Notes under the pieces: model-generated
What the model was told of the DNA's origin: nothing
The model's input: only the letters and a program-made list of their open reading frames with translations
Database searches by the model: none
Made by a program: the position numbers and the translations under genes
Shown here: positions 1 through 9,580 of the stretch, piece by piece
How the letters are laid out: every line of letters starts with the position of its first letter
Numbering within the stretch: the stretch's first letter is position 1
NCBI GenBank assembly: GCA_009937025.1
Contig: JAACDG010000164.1
Coordinates: forward strand, 85 to 64,084
From: Methanobacteriota archaeon
GTDB taxonomy: Archaea > Thermoplasmatota > Poseidoniia > Poseidoniales > Poseidoniaceae
Length of the DNA stretch: 64,000 nt
Reading direction: 5' to 3'

Positions 1-231
1 AGCACGAATTCCAACTTCAACGCCAATCAAGGCATCAAGGTCGAGTTTTCGGTCGATGTGAGCGACGTGGGCGAGTGGTGAATTGGTATTACCGAGAACA
101 GCATCGATTTTTCCGATGTAAATTCCAGATTCTGCGTTGATGATAATGGATTCAAGAGCGGGAGAGGAACCTGTAAAAGAAACCAGAAACCCTCCTTCAT
201 GGCTTTTTGACTCAATAACACCCGCGAACAT
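1..231 (-). CDS. Partial CDS (N-terminal 77 aa; continues beyond left edge). Small beta-barrel-like protein, possibly Gar1-like H/ACA RNP subunit
   Basis: Minus-strand ATG at 229-231 opens a frame with no stop to position 1 (MFAGVIESKSHEGGFLVSFTGSSPALESIIINAESGIYIGKIDAVLGNTNSPLAHVA...). The GFLV...P.L...IGKI..VLG...P...V pattern resembles archaeal Gar1. Absent from the ORF track because it is truncated at the edge. Confidence 0.35.
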   Translation of the reverse strand, partial: MFAGVIESKSHEGGFLVSFTGSSPALESIIINAESGIYIGKIDAVLGNTNSPLAHVAHIDRKLDLDALIGVEVGIRA

Positions 232-288
232 ACTTTCACCTGCTTAATGGGCCGAACCTCCCTCTTTTGAGGGTGTCGGTTGAAGCCA

Positions 289-2307
289 TCAGTCTCTTCG
301 GCTTCGGCCTGCAAAGGCTGCACCAAGAAGAGTAATGCTTAATGTTGCCAATAAAGAGATGGCTGGTAGCCCTTCTTCAGTTTCTTTAATAATCTGTGGA
401 TCCTCGTTGTTATCAGTGTCATCATTAGAATAAGGGTTGGGAACGAAGACAGCCAATGTCGTCATTGTTCCTGATTCATCTGTAGCAGTCAATATGACGT
501 CATACACTGTAACGGGTGGGTTTTGAGCTGAGCAAGAAACAATGGGGACATCGATTTCCCAACCACTCCCATCGCGTGAGAAGTCGTTGGTTGGGTAACC
601 ACAGAGGCTGAGGGAAAGCGTTACTTCTTCACCATCTGGGTCTAACACGTCCCCTTGTAGAGTAAATGTGAAGCCACTTGCATCCCAAGTTGCATTCATA
701 CCGTCAAGGTTTTTGTTGACCACAATCACCGGGGGAAGGCTTGCTTTTTCAAGTCCAAAGTCGAGCATGAAATCAAGGTCCAACATGGTCGAACTTTGTG
801 CTTGTCCCATTATCATGACCATGCCTGGTGATAATCCTTCTAGCGGCAGTGAAATTGTTGAAGCATCTGAAGCCAGCGTAATAGTACGCATTTCACCCAT
901 AGCATTCTTTTGATGTGCGTGCGCCGAGATTGTCATTTCATTGATCAATCCTGTCGGCGTCATTGTCAACTCAATACTATCTCCTGTTGGCGAGAGAATT
1001 GCAGTTGAGGTGAACACATTACCGAATGTCCAGTTTCGTGAATCAATGGATGTTGCATCGAACGGGTCAACAACATAACATTCGGCATCAGAAGAAGTTG
1101 CTTTTGGATTTGGCTTGGAGACAATCATGTTTCCATTTTTGTCAAGTGAGGAGGACCAACCGGTTTCAGAAAAAATACAATTCAATGTCCATCCAGTGTT
1201 ATCGCTTGCCCACGTTTCTGTTTGTTCACCATTGACGGCGATAATATCAGAACTTGTTCCATCAAGCATTGGGATTATAGTGCCATCTTCTGGAGCATTT
1301 GAACTCCATTCAGGAGCATCATTGCTTTCGGGTGGCATGGTTGTAAAATCAATAAACAATTCACGTAGAACCGGGTATTCAGAGGGTGCATAGGTGACCA
1401 CTTGGTTGACTTGTAGCCGGCCATCAGGGAGATACAGGGCTTCTGGACCACTCAACAACTCATTTTCAGTTACCGTAACCGTTCCATCAGAATTTACCAA
1501 CGTATCTTGGATTGAATAGTTCGCTAATCGCAAACCTTGCTTAAGTGGGAAGTTGAGTTCTAAATGTGCATACGACATGTTGGTAACATTCAATCCCAAT
1601 GTGAAATCTGAATCTCCATTATTTGGTAATTTGTCAAAACGAACATTGTTGCTTTCTCCATCGGCTAAGAACATCATAATCTGTAAATCATCTGTAATTT
1701 CTACAGGAACTTCTTTGCATCCCTGTGCAGCACCAAGATTCTGGCATGAGCGTTCTTGAGGGTGGTTTGTTGGCACCAAATCTATTTCCTCAAGTCCAAT
1801 TCCATCTTCGACAAAGGACATGTTATTCCAATCGGGTGAGCCGCGGTGAGCAATTCCTTCTTTCATTCCAATTCGGGTGTCCATTGCTCCGATGCATTTC
1901 GGCCCAATTGCTCGAACAGCATCACGTTCATCAGTACTGATGTGGCCGTTTGCTCCACCAGAGAGTCCTTCAAACAAGCCGTCAAGGTTTTCTCGAACCA
2001 CTGAGGATTTACTGCCATTAACGAAGGAGCCAGCGTCCATTTCTGCTGTTGCCCAATCGTCTCCAACATTAATAATGAAACTTGCAAAGTCATAGTCAAA
2101 AAGGTCTTCAAATTTCAACCCTTTACATTCATCCTCTATTGAAAGACCTTGGCGACCATCAGCAGGTGAAGGTTCACTAGAATCGAGAGAGACTTGAGCG
2201 TTAAAGAGCGGTGAAGTTCCCATAAGAAGCATCAAGAAAATTAATCCAATTGCTGTTGAACTGCGCGTCAAAAGGTGTGAGATTCCACATCGGGTGTGTC
2301 CTGCCAT
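289..2307 (-). CDS. Large secreted/cell-surface protein with N-terminal signal peptide and C-terminal TM anchor (hypothetical)
   Basis: 672-aa ORF. N-terminus MAGHTRCGISHLLTRSSTAIGLIFLMLLMGTSPLF is signal-like. Body is beta-rich and acidic. C-terminus ...EEGLPAISLLATLSITLLGAAFAGRSRRD is a hydrophobic helix plus basic tail. Confidence 0.6.
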   Translation of the reverse strand: MAGHTRCGISHLLTRSSTAIGLIFLMLLMGTSPLFNAQVSLDSSEPSPADGRQGLSIEDECKGLKFEDLFDYDFASFIINVGDDWATAEMDAGSFVNGSKSSVVRENLDGLFEGLSGGANGHISTDERDAVRAIGPKCIGAMDTRIGMKEGIAHRGSPDWNNMSFVEDGIGLEEIDLVPTNHPQERSCQNLGAAQGCKEVPVEITDDLQIMMFLADGESNNVRFDKLPNNGDSDFTLGLNVTNMSYAHLELNFPLKQGLRLANYSIQDTLVNSDGTVTVTENELLSGPEALYLPDGRLQVNQVVTYAPSEYPVLRELFIDFTTMPPESNDAPEWSSNAPEDGTIIPMLDGTSSDIIAVNGEQTETWASDNTGWTLNCIFSETGWSSSLDKNGNMIVSKPNPKATSSDAECYVVDPFDATSIDSRNWTFGNVFTSTAILSPTGDSIELTMTPTGLINEMTISAHAHQKNAMGEMRTITLASDASTISLPLEGLSPGMVMIMGQAQSSTMLDLDFMLDFGLEKASLPPVIVVNKNLDGMNATWDASGFTFTLQGDVLDPDGEEVTLSLSLCGYPTNDFSRDGSGWEIDVPIVSCSAQNPPVTVYDVILTATDESGTMTTLAVFVPNPYSNDDTDNNEDPQIIKETEEGLPAISLLATLSITLLGAAFAGRSRRD

Positions 2308-2372
2308 ACCTCTCCGTCGTCATCCAGCCTCAAAGAGGCTTTCGTTTGAAAATAACTTCATGGGCTAGTTCA

Positions 2373-3203
2373 TCAAGGAAGAATCTTCTCCATTCTTCGA
2401 ACAAAGAGCCATGATGGAAGAACTGTCCATACCAATGCCATGGCCCACGATTGCCATGCAGCGATTCCTCTGTCGATTTGCGGTAGGCGCGTTTCGAGTA
2501 GATGATGGTAGACGCCGTTGGGTGAAAGTAAATCCAAACCGCCTTCTAACATAATCCATGCAGCATTATTTTCTTGCCCAATCGAAACACCAGATGCATA
2601 CGCCACCATGGTCGTCACCAAAGCCCAAAGGAATGTAAAGAGGAACCAAAGACCAACACCAAAAGAGATTGCAGTTCCTTGTTCTCTCGTGTATGAAGAT
2701 GCCAAGAGAGTGAACAATACATACCAAAGTAGAATCAATGCTGTTGAAGTAAAATAAACCAAACAATCGGTAATGGATAACCATTCACCCATACGGTAGC
2801 GAACGATGAGGACAGAAAAGAGGAGAAGAACCCACGTCGGCCCCAAAATCGCTCGCCAAGAGCCAAGAATCATTGCAATAGCCTGATGAGACCGAGGCAT
2901 GGGTTGTGAAAGTCGTAATTCGAGCACTCCACTTGCTCGTTCTTTGCTCACTGAATCGTATGAAAGTAAAACTGCACACATAGTTGCACCAAAAACTACA
3001 CCTAGACTGGCATAGAAGAGAACTTCCATGGCCGTATCGGGTTGATGACCCCCGGGGAGAACAATGTTTGGGTCTGAAAAACCCCAAGCCATTCCAGGAA
3101 TAAACAACAACAAGATTGGAAGCATGATGTACATCCGTGTTGATAACAGTCGCTCTAGCATGAGGCGTTTTGCAAATAACATGATGCGTGAAAAATCACT
3201 CAT
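2373..3203 (-). CDS. ABC-2 type transporter permease
   Basis: 276-aa polytopic membrane protein with about 6 TM segments. Stop/start overlaps the upstream ABC ATPase gene (3200-3203). Confidence 0.6.
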   Translation of the reverse strand: MSDFSRIMLFAKRLMLERLLSTRMYIMLPILLLFIPGMAWGFSDPNIVLPGGHQPDTAMEVLFYASLGVVFGATMCAVLLSYDSVSKERASGVLELRLSQPMPRSHQAIAMILGSWRAILGPTWVLLLFSVLIVRYRMGEWLSITDCLVYFTSTALILLWYVLFTLLASSYTREQGTAISFGVGLWFLFTFLWALVTTMVAYASGVSIGQENNAAWIMLEGGLDLLSPNGVYHHLLETRLPQIDRGIAAWQSWAMALVWTVLPSWLFVRRMEKILP

Positions 3204-4225
3204 TCTTCTTCACCTCGAAATGTGCGAAGGGGTAGAACTGCGGTAGAAGATACTTCGAGTCCTACATCCTCAATGGATTGACCGGTTGCTGCACAGAGCA
3301 TTTCAATGACATTTGGTTGCCGAACATTCCATGAGATTACTTCGAATCCATCTTCGACTAATTTTTTCAACAGACCAGGTTCACTTTTAGCAAGAACTGC
3401 TTTCCAATCCTTGGAGAATTGTTCGATTTCAATGGACTTGTCGCTGACACCGTATTTGGAGAAGTCCGGTGCATCCCCCTCGCCAGTAATTTCTGTTTTT
3501 TTATCGAGATTAAGATATTGGGCAACTTCAATCATTGTCCCTTCTGTAAGGATTTGGCCACGATGCATAAGGGCTAATCGGTCAATGATTTCAACCAATC
3601 CTTCGACTTGATGGGAAGAGAGGACGATGGAAACACCCTTGTCCTTTAGTTTCCCGAGCAACACGACAAATGCTGCTGCTGCAACTGGGTCAAGGCCGTT
3701 GAGCGGTTCATCAAGCAAGAGAATCTTTGGCGAGCCAAGCAAAGCAGCAGCAAGAGTTAGACGTTGACGCATTCCTTGACTCAATTCATTCAAAGGTGCT
3801 TCAATTCGACTTTGCAAGCCGACCAGTTTGAGCAGTCCATCAATCCGTGATTCACTGACTTGCCGCATTTCACCAATTTCAAGTAAGGCATCTCGAACTG
3901 TTTTCCTTCCTTGCCAACGAACTTGTTCAGGCATATGTCCAACAAGTTTCCTTAAGTGTTCATCAGAAAGTACAGTTCCTCTATCTTCGTCATTGTCATG
4001 CACTGAACCGGATTGGAGAGGCAATATTCCAGCCATCATTCGCAAGAGCGTCGTTTTACCTGCACCGTTAGGACCGACCAGCCCCAAAATGGTGCCTTTG
4101 TGAAGTGAAAGGTTAGCTGAAAAAATCCCTTGGCCACGTATTCTACGCCATGGTTTGAACGTTCGTGGAGCGTACAAGGAATGCCTGTAGGTTGCATCCA
4201 TCAAATGCAATACTACCTCGTCCAT
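3200..4225 (-). CDS. ABC transporter ATP-binding protein
   Basis: Walker A GLVGPNGAGKTTLL, ABC signature LSQGMRQRL and Walker B ILLLDEPLNGLD. A C-terminal ~80-aa extension ends in EEE. The start may be the internal Met at 4201. Confidence 0.85.
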   Translation of the reverse strand: MDEVVLHLMDATYRHSLYAPRTFKPWRRIRGQGIFSANLSLHKGTILGLVGPNGAGKTTLLRMMAGILPLQSGSVHDNDEDRGTVLSDEHLRKLVGHMPEQVRWQGRKTVRDALLEIGEMRQVSESRIDGLLKLVGLQSRIEAPLNELSQGMRQRLTLAAALLGSPKILLLDEPLNGLDPVAAAAFVVLLGKLKDKGVSIVLSSHQVEGLVEIIDRLALMHRGQILTEGTMIEVAQYLNLDKKTEITGEGDAPDFSKYGVSDKSIEIEQFSKDWKAVLAKSEPGLLKKLVEDGFEVISWNVRQPNVIEMLCAATGQSIEDVGLEVSSTAVLPLRTFRGEEE

Positions 4226-4324
4226 GTCTCGGCGAAGCGGTCGAGGTTTGACAAACTACCGTTTGAACTGGGTTCAAACCCCAAGACTCTTGACACATAT
4301 CTTCTTTCCAAGGATGGGTTGAAG

Positions 4325-5221
4325 ATGATTGGATATCTTGTTCCGACACTTTTGCTCGCGTTGGGACTCGCCATTGCCATTTTCATCGAACGTCAAATTT
4401 CGAAAGAAGACGAACCTTTTGATTGGCGAACTGGGTTTGGTCCAATGGGTCTTGAAGCCCTCATTCTGACACTTATCTTGATATGGATTGTCCCAGGGGG
4501 AATCCTCCTCCTTGGCCCCGTTATGCTTATTCTCTCTGTTCTCAGTCCAGCTGGCCGTGTTGCTTGGAGCGACCACAAACGACCCCGTGTCATGGTGAGT
4601 ATTTGCTTAGCAGTGATGTTTACTGTTGGGGGGTTTACGCCGGTCTCTTCTCCAACCTCCCCTTCTGAATGGGGCCAACCGTTGTTTACCGAGAATCCCA
4701 ACGCACCACTTTATCCGGCAGGCGAACAGTATACTTGGCTAATGTTGCCCGAAGGATTTGGAAATGCAGATTTGGAAATCATCCAATCGTTATCTCTTCG
4801 ACTTCCCTATCAGTATGGTTCATTTGGTGCTGAATCCTCGGCATTTTGGCTTGCATCCCTGTTCAACATGGAGCAAGGTCGCCTGAATCAAGCAGTAGAA
4901 TTGTTGGACCAAGAAGTATCTGCTTTCCGTATTGATGTTAATGAAATGAAATTAGAACCAATTGCAATCGAAAACACACATCGATATGCCTCAACCGAAC
5001 AAGGCGTCGACCAAATTGTCAGTGTTCGGTTGTATGAATTGCGTAGCCTCTCTATTGGGGTCGATGAAGAGGGCATAAAAGTCGGTGAAGTTCTCTGTGT
5101 AGGAACAAGTAATTGGGGGGGAGAACTCGATGTTTTGGTCATTGTTCGACCCATCGGCCACTCTGGACTTTCGAACGATCGATATTCAGTACCTTTGGTT
5201 CTTGATTGGCTCTCTGCCTGA
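4325..5221 (+). CDS. Membrane protein (4 TM) with C-terminal soluble domain, hypothetical
   Basis: ORF 4130-5221. The start was placed at the internal Met (MIGYLVPTLLLALGLAIAIF) to avoid overlapping the divergent ABC ATPase. No recognisable motif. Confidence 0.4.
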   Translation: MIGYLVPTLLLALGLAIAIFIERQISKEDEPFDWRTGFGPMGLEALILTLILIWIVPGGILLLGPVMLILSVLSPAGRVAWSDHKRPRVMVSICLAVMFTVGGFTPVSSPTSPSEWGQPLFTENPNAPLYPAGEQYTWLMLPEGFGNADLEIIQSLSLRLPYQYGSFGAESSAFWLASLFNMEQGRLNQAVELLDQEVSAFRIDVNEMKLEPIAIENTHRYASTEQGVDQIVSVRLYELRSLSIGVDEEGIKVGEVLCVGTSNWGGELDVLVIVRPIGHSGLSNDRYSVPLVLDWLSA

Positions 5222-5266
5222 GCAGTTCCCCGTTTAACCTTCATTTGAAGAAGTGGCAAAAGGAGA

Positions 5267-5328
5267 TTTAGGGCGACCTAAACTTCATATACTTCGGGTT
5301 TTAGGGCCCCCTAAACCAGTAGGCCCTA
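5267..5328. promoter_or_regulatory. Two 16-bp palindromes (TTTAGGGCGACCTAAA, TTTAGGGCCCCCTAAA) plus a TAGGGCC/GGCCCTA pair flanking a TATA-like element immediately upstream of phnD
   Basis: Seen directly at 5267-5282, 5299-5314 and 5302-5328. catatac lies between them. The ATG is at 5331. Confidence 0.45.
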
Positions 5329-5330
5329 GC

Positions 5331-6479
5331 ATGAAGTTAAAAACGCTAAAATCAACATTGCTCGTATTCTTAATTGCCACAGCATCCCTAGCGGGATGTC
5401 TCGGAACTGAGGATGAAAAAGAAACCCCAGACTTAGAAGATTTTGTCATTGCTTACAGTGTCAAAGACGACTACACGAACGTCGATGAAAACCCTCAGCG
5501 ATTGGCGGATTATTTGGGTGAAGAACTCAACATGGATGTTTCACTCTATCCAATAGATTCCGAAGGGGCTGCTCTTGAAGCCCTTCGTTTCGGAAACGCA
5601 GACATGGCTTTCATGGATGGCGGCGCTGCTTGGGTCGGATGGCAACAATACGGTCTTGAAGCACTTGCAGCAGACCAAAAGTCCGATGGCCGAACTTATT
5701 ACAACGCTCATGCCGTTGTTTTGAACGGTTCAGATATCGCTAATGCTTATTTGGATGACGATGATTCAACTGATCCATTCGCAATGATGGAAGGTAAGAC
5801 ATCTTGCCACACAGGTTGGCTCAAATCAGCCGGTATGTTGCTCCCAATGGGACACCTGATTTCCCAAGGATATGCACCGGTTGTTGGTCCACAAGATGAC
5901 ATTGAATCTCTTCGAGATACCATTCATGCTTTCTTTAACGAAAATGCAAGCATTCCAGACTCAGGAACTCCATACTATTCCTACTCTGGCGCAGTCAAGT
6001 GCCTTACAGAAGGTGTAGGTGATGTTGCCTTTGCTAAGGATTCAACAGTCGCAAAGTATTGTGGTAATGACAATGCAAGCGCAAACGAGGCTTGGTGCCT
6101 ACCGGAGTCGGATTACATCCTACTCCCTTCATACGGTAACGCTCCATCCCACCCTGTCATGTATAATCCTGCAATGCTCGACGTTCAAACTCGAACAGCA
6201 ATCCTCAATGCTTTGCTTTCCTTGAATGGTCAAATGTATGTTGAAAACTATACAATGCAAGGGCAGACGTTCACTGGATGCTACAACATGGCAACGCATA
6301 TTGTTGACAGCACTTCGCCACAAAACCAGTGTGGAGATCAAATTCTAACGAATGTTCTCAACACCCCTGGACTTGTCGAAGCAAATACACAAGAACATCT
6401 TGGAAGCTATAGCGGCCTGATTAGTGCTATTCCTGGAATCTCTAACTACTTTGATACCAAGTTTGAAATTACAGAATAA
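5331..6479 (+). CDS. phnD: Phosphonate/phosphite ABC transporter substrate-binding protein (PhnD-like), lipobox-type signal
   Basis: Signal MKLKTLKSTLLVFLIATASLAGCLG ends in an archaeal lipobox-like Cys. It is followed directly by phnC/phnE homologues. SBP fold inferred from context and length. Confidence 0.6.
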   Translation: MKLKTLKSTLLVFLIATASLAGCLGTEDEKETPDLEDFVIAYSVKDDYTNVDENPQRLADYLGEELNMDVSLYPIDSEGAALEALRFGNADMAFMDGGAAWVGWQQYGLEALAADQKSDGRTYYNAHAVVLNGSDIANAYLDDDDSTDPFAMMEGKTSCHTGWLKSAGMLLPMGHLISQGYAPVVGPQDDIESLRDTIHAFFNENASIPDSGTPYYSYSGAVKCLTEGVGDVAFAKDSTVAKYCGNDNASANEAWCLPESDYILLPSYGNAPSHPVMYNPAMLDVQTRTAILNALLSLNGQMYVENYTMQGQTFTGCYNMATHIVDSTSPQNQCGDQILTNVLNTPGLVEANTQEHLGSYSGLISAIPGISNYFDTKFEITE

Positions 6480-6504
6480 ATGTAGAGGCTTTTTGAATTT
6501 AATC

Positions 6505-6596
6505 GGTGGAATGGTCCCCGTCCTCACCCTTTCTTGGGCCATTCCACCACCCTGTGCTTAGAAAAACAAACTGAAAATATACTCTTCATTCCACCA
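6505..6596. promoter_or_regulatory. 10-bp inverted repeat GGTGGAATGG-N24-CCATTCCACC with a third CATTCCACC copy, in the phnD-phnC intergenic region
   Basis: 6505-6514 pairs with 6539-6548. Additional copy at 6588-6596. Confidence 0.4.
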
Positions 6597-6642
6597 ACCG
6601 TTTCAAAAAGGAAAGGCATTACGATAGAATCGAGGGTTATCT

Positions 6643-7326
6643 ATGAAAGAGCCAGTACTCATTCTCAAGAACTTGAGTGTGGGCTATGATGAACCATTGA
6701 TTTCGAATATTAATGTAGAAGTTTTACCAGGTGAAGTTATCGCTATTCTCGGCACATCTGGAATTGGTAAAACCACATTACTTCGGACTGTTTCAGGTCT
6801 CGTTCGCCCCCTCTCGGGGTCGTTTGATTTGAACGTCAATAAACGTGGAGGTTTGGGATATATTCCTCAACGTTTAGGTTTGGTCCGACATGCTACAGTT
6901 ATTCACAATGTCTCACTTGGTGCTCGAGCGAATATTGGTTTTTCTCGAAACATGTGGAAGGAACGTTCTGAACGAACAATGCAAGCATTAGAACAGCTTG
7001 GGATTGCAGAGAAAGCGAATGAACCTGTTCGACGATTATCAGGTGGGCAACAACGAAGAGTTGCTACTGCACGTCCATTAGCTCAGAGGCCACAATTGTT
7101 ACTGGCTGATGAATTCCTTGGAGAACTTGACAATTTAAATGTTGAACTTGTCTTCGAATCAGTCGACCAATTGGTCGCGGAAGGGACTGCGGTAATCATG
7201 GTTGAACATCATGACGATAATGCTGTTAAGTTTGCTTCACGGATTTGGAATCTCAAAGATGGAGTGCTTCATGACATGACCATCGATGAATGGAAGCAGC
7301 AACCAAAAGGGGGCGAAGAAGAATGA
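6643..7326 (+). CDS. phnC: Phosphonate ABC transporter ATP-binding protein
   Basis: LKNLSVGY...GTSGIGKTTLLR (Walker A), LSGGQQRRVATAR (signature) and LLLADEFLGELD (Walker B). Confidence 0.8.
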   Translation: MKEPVLILKNLSVGYDEPLISNINVEVLPGEVIAILGTSGIGKTTLLRTVSGLVRPLSGSFDLNVNKRGGLGYIPQRLGLVRHATVIHNVSLGARANIGFSRNMWKERSERTMQALEQLGIAEKANEPVRRLSGGQQRRVATARPLAQRPQLLLADEFLGELDNLNVELVFESVDQLVAEGTAVIMVEHHDDNAVKFASRIWNLKDGVLHDMTIDEWKQQPKGGEEE

Positions 7327-8186
7327 AATATCGCCTGTTTGGAATCATCATCGTCTTGCTTCTGCTGGCTTGGCAAACTCTCGATGGTTTAATCGAAGGG
7401 GATTGGGGCAGACTTGAGGGTGGTTTTGGAAACCTTTCTATCTTTTTCTCTGAAAGTATGTGGCCTCCAGAATGGAGCATTCTCGAACCACGATCTTATC
7501 CAGTATGCGAATCAAACATTCAGTTTTTTTGTTCAGTTGGGTATATTGGAATGATGGAAACCATAAAAATCGCTTTTGTTGCTACAATTCTTGGTTTCAT
7601 AGGGGCTTTGTGCTTTTCATCACTTGCAGCCCGCAACTTAGTTCCGCTTTATGTCTCGATTCCAGTGAGAATCTTCCTTTCAGCAACGCGTAGTCTGCCA
7701 AGTTTGATTTGGGCGATTTTATTTGTCAACGTCATCGGTCTTGGTCCACTTTCCGGAGTATTAGCAATGACTTTCTACACCATTGGTTATCTTGGTAAGT
7801 TACAGTATGAGACCTTTGAAGGAATGGCAAATGACCCACTTGAAGCGAGTCGCGCAATGGGGCTTTCTCGAAGCAGCATCTTGTTGAATGTGGTGATTCC
7901 AGAAAACAGTAATCATCTTTTGAGTCAACTCATGTTTATGTTCGAATACAATGTTCGTCATGGAACAGTCATCGGAATTGTAGGTGCAGGAGGAATTGGC
8001 TATTACATCAGCACCTATCTCAAATTCCTTCAATATGAGAAAGTATTTGCACTTCTCATTCTGATTTTTGTCGTTGTGGTTTTCATTGATTTACTCTCAA
8101 TGATGATTCGCTCGTTTGTCAATGATGAAGGCGACGTTCGTCGTCCAACTTGGTTGAATCTTATCCTCTCTCCGAAAGAAGAATAA
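7323..8186 (+). CDS. phnE: Phosphonate ABC transporter permease
   Basis: ATGA overlap with the phnC stop. Polytopic membrane protein with an EAA-like loop EASRAMGLSRSSILLNVVIPE. Confidence 0.75.
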   Translation: MKYRLFGIIIVLLLLAWQTLDGLIEGDWGRLEGGFGNLSIFFSESMWPPEWSILEPRSYPVCESNIQFFCSVGYIGMMETIKIAFVATILGFIGALCFSSLAARNLVPLYVSIPVRIFLSATRSLPSLIWAILFVNVIGLGPLSGVLAMTFYTIGYLGKLQYETFEGMANDPLEASRAMGLSRSSILLNVVIPENSNHLLSQLMFMFEYNVRHGTVIGIVGAGGIGYYISTYLKFLQYEKVFALLILIFVVVVFIDLLSMMIRSFVNDEGDVRRPTWLNLILSPKEE

Positions 8187-8203
8187 TTCGACGAATTCAA
8201 GAA

Positions 8204-8419
8204 TCACTCTGCAGCGATGTGCAGCGAACCGTCTTTGTAAAACACTTGAATTCGGTCCGGAACTTTGCGCGTTAATGCCGCAACTGCTTCATAGACCTCA
8301 TCTTCTTTGACTTTGAAAGACTTGGCTGCCTTTGGAGTTGACCAAGCGACGGTTTCGAAATCGGATTGTCGAATCCATTCAAAGATACGCGCTTCCAGTT
8401 CAGTCAATTCCTCCGCCAT
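8204..8419 (-). CDS. Small winged-helix-like protein (hypothetical, 71 aa)
   Basis: Internal Met of ORF 8204-8662, downstream of the gpsA stop. MAEELTELEARIFEWIRQSD...KVKEDEVYEAVAALTRK...RIQVFYKDGSLHI has helix-helix-wing character. Speculative. Confidence 0.3.
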   Translation of the reverse strand: MAEELTELEARIFEWIRQSDFETVAWSTPKAAKSFKVKEDEVYEAVAALTRKVPDRIQVFYKDGSLHIAAE

Positions 8420-8483
8420 GAATACCGCAGAGCGACTACCCTCAAAACTGCACCGCTTCAACAGCGGCAAAAAAACAACCGGT

Positions 8484-9491
8484 TCAATGAAGTGCAACCA
8501 TTCTTCTGCAGCATTCTTCTGCATCAATAAAGCCGTCCAGCAAGGTGTTAAGGGCCTTTGTGAATGGAATTTCGATTCCGAAATCTTCTGCTCTTTCACC
8601 AAACATGCGAGCCGCACGTACACCTTCTGCGACCATGTGCATTTCTTCGAGAGCCTGTTCAATGGTGAGTCCAGTTCCTAACTTTTCACCCATCGAACGG
8701 TTTCTCCCATGAGGTGAAGTTGCCGTTACATACAAATCTCCCAAGCCTGCAGGTCCGAAAGCAACTTCTGCTTTTGCTCCCAGTTGTGGCAGTAAGAGGC
8801 AACCTTCTTTGAATCCAGCCATAAAAATAGCCGCCTTGAGATTATCTCCACCAAGAGACCCAACCTGCTTCAAACCATCGACGAGCCCACAAGCAAGTGC
8901 TACGACGTTCTTGAACGCCCCCCACAATTCTGCTCCAGCAGGGTCAGCTGCAGGATGAAGGATGAAGGTTTGAGTTGTTAACGTCGTTGCGAGTTGTTGT
9001 GCTACAGAGACATCTTCACTCGCTACGAGTGCGGTGGTCATTACGCCACTTGCTGCTTCTGGAGCAATGGTGGGCCCAGTTACTACAGCCAGTGTGTTGC
9101 TTGTTCCAGCATCGTTTAACTTCTGCTGAATGGCTTCTGAAATCGATTTGTTTCCATCTGCTAAACCTTTGGCTAAGTCGAGTAATACGTGGCCGGGTCG
9201 AAGATGGGGGATAATTTGATCGACGACTCCAAGAATAACCGATGAGGGAACTGCTAAGACAATGATTTCAACGCCTTCCAATGCTTCCTCGATATGCATT
9301 GTTGCTTCAAGTCCTTCAACAGGATGATTTGGGAGATATTTAGCATTAACAGAATCCATTGTTATTGATTCGTAGACTTCTTGTTCAATGGTCCAACCTT
9401 TGACTCGGTGGTTATCTGCTAACCACATCCGAGCAATTGCTGTTCCCCAATTTCCCAAACCCAAAATCGCAATGTGTGCCATAGAGACCAA
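8484..9491 (-). CDS. gpsA: NAD(P)H-dependent glycerol-3-phosphate dehydrogenase (bacterial-type GpsA)
   Basis: N-terminal Rossmann IAILGLGNWGTAIA, then NAKYLP, and a C-terminal GpsA-type domain. 335 aa. Confidence 0.85.
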   Translation of the reverse strand: MVSMAHIAILGLGNWGTAIARMWLADNHRVKGWTIEQEVYESITMDSVNAKYLPNHPVEGLEATMHIEEALEGVEIIVLAVPSSVILGVVDQIIPHLRPGHVLLDLAKGLADGNKSISEAIQQKLNDAGTSNTLAVVTGPTIAPEAASGVMTTALVASEDVSVAQQLATTLTTQTFILHPAADPAGAELWGAFKNVVALACGLVDGLKQVGSLGGDNLKAAIFMAGFKEGCLLLPQLGAKAEVAFGPAGLGDLYVTATSPHGRNRSMGEKLGTGLTIEQALEEMHMVAEGVRAARMFGERAEDFGIEIPFTKALNTLLDGFIDAEECCRRMVALH

Positions 9492-9580
9492 GTGGAACGC
9501 CGCTCACTTTACTTATGTTAATTGCCACTCTTCGAAGGTGTAAGGGTGGGGTTTTGAATGGGAATGAGCGTCTTCAAAGT

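Noticed and set aside
27-326. 99-aa ORF on the minus strand at the left edge
   Set aside because: It is in a different frame from the edge-truncated minus-strand gene (1-231), which has a more protein-like translation. No motif.
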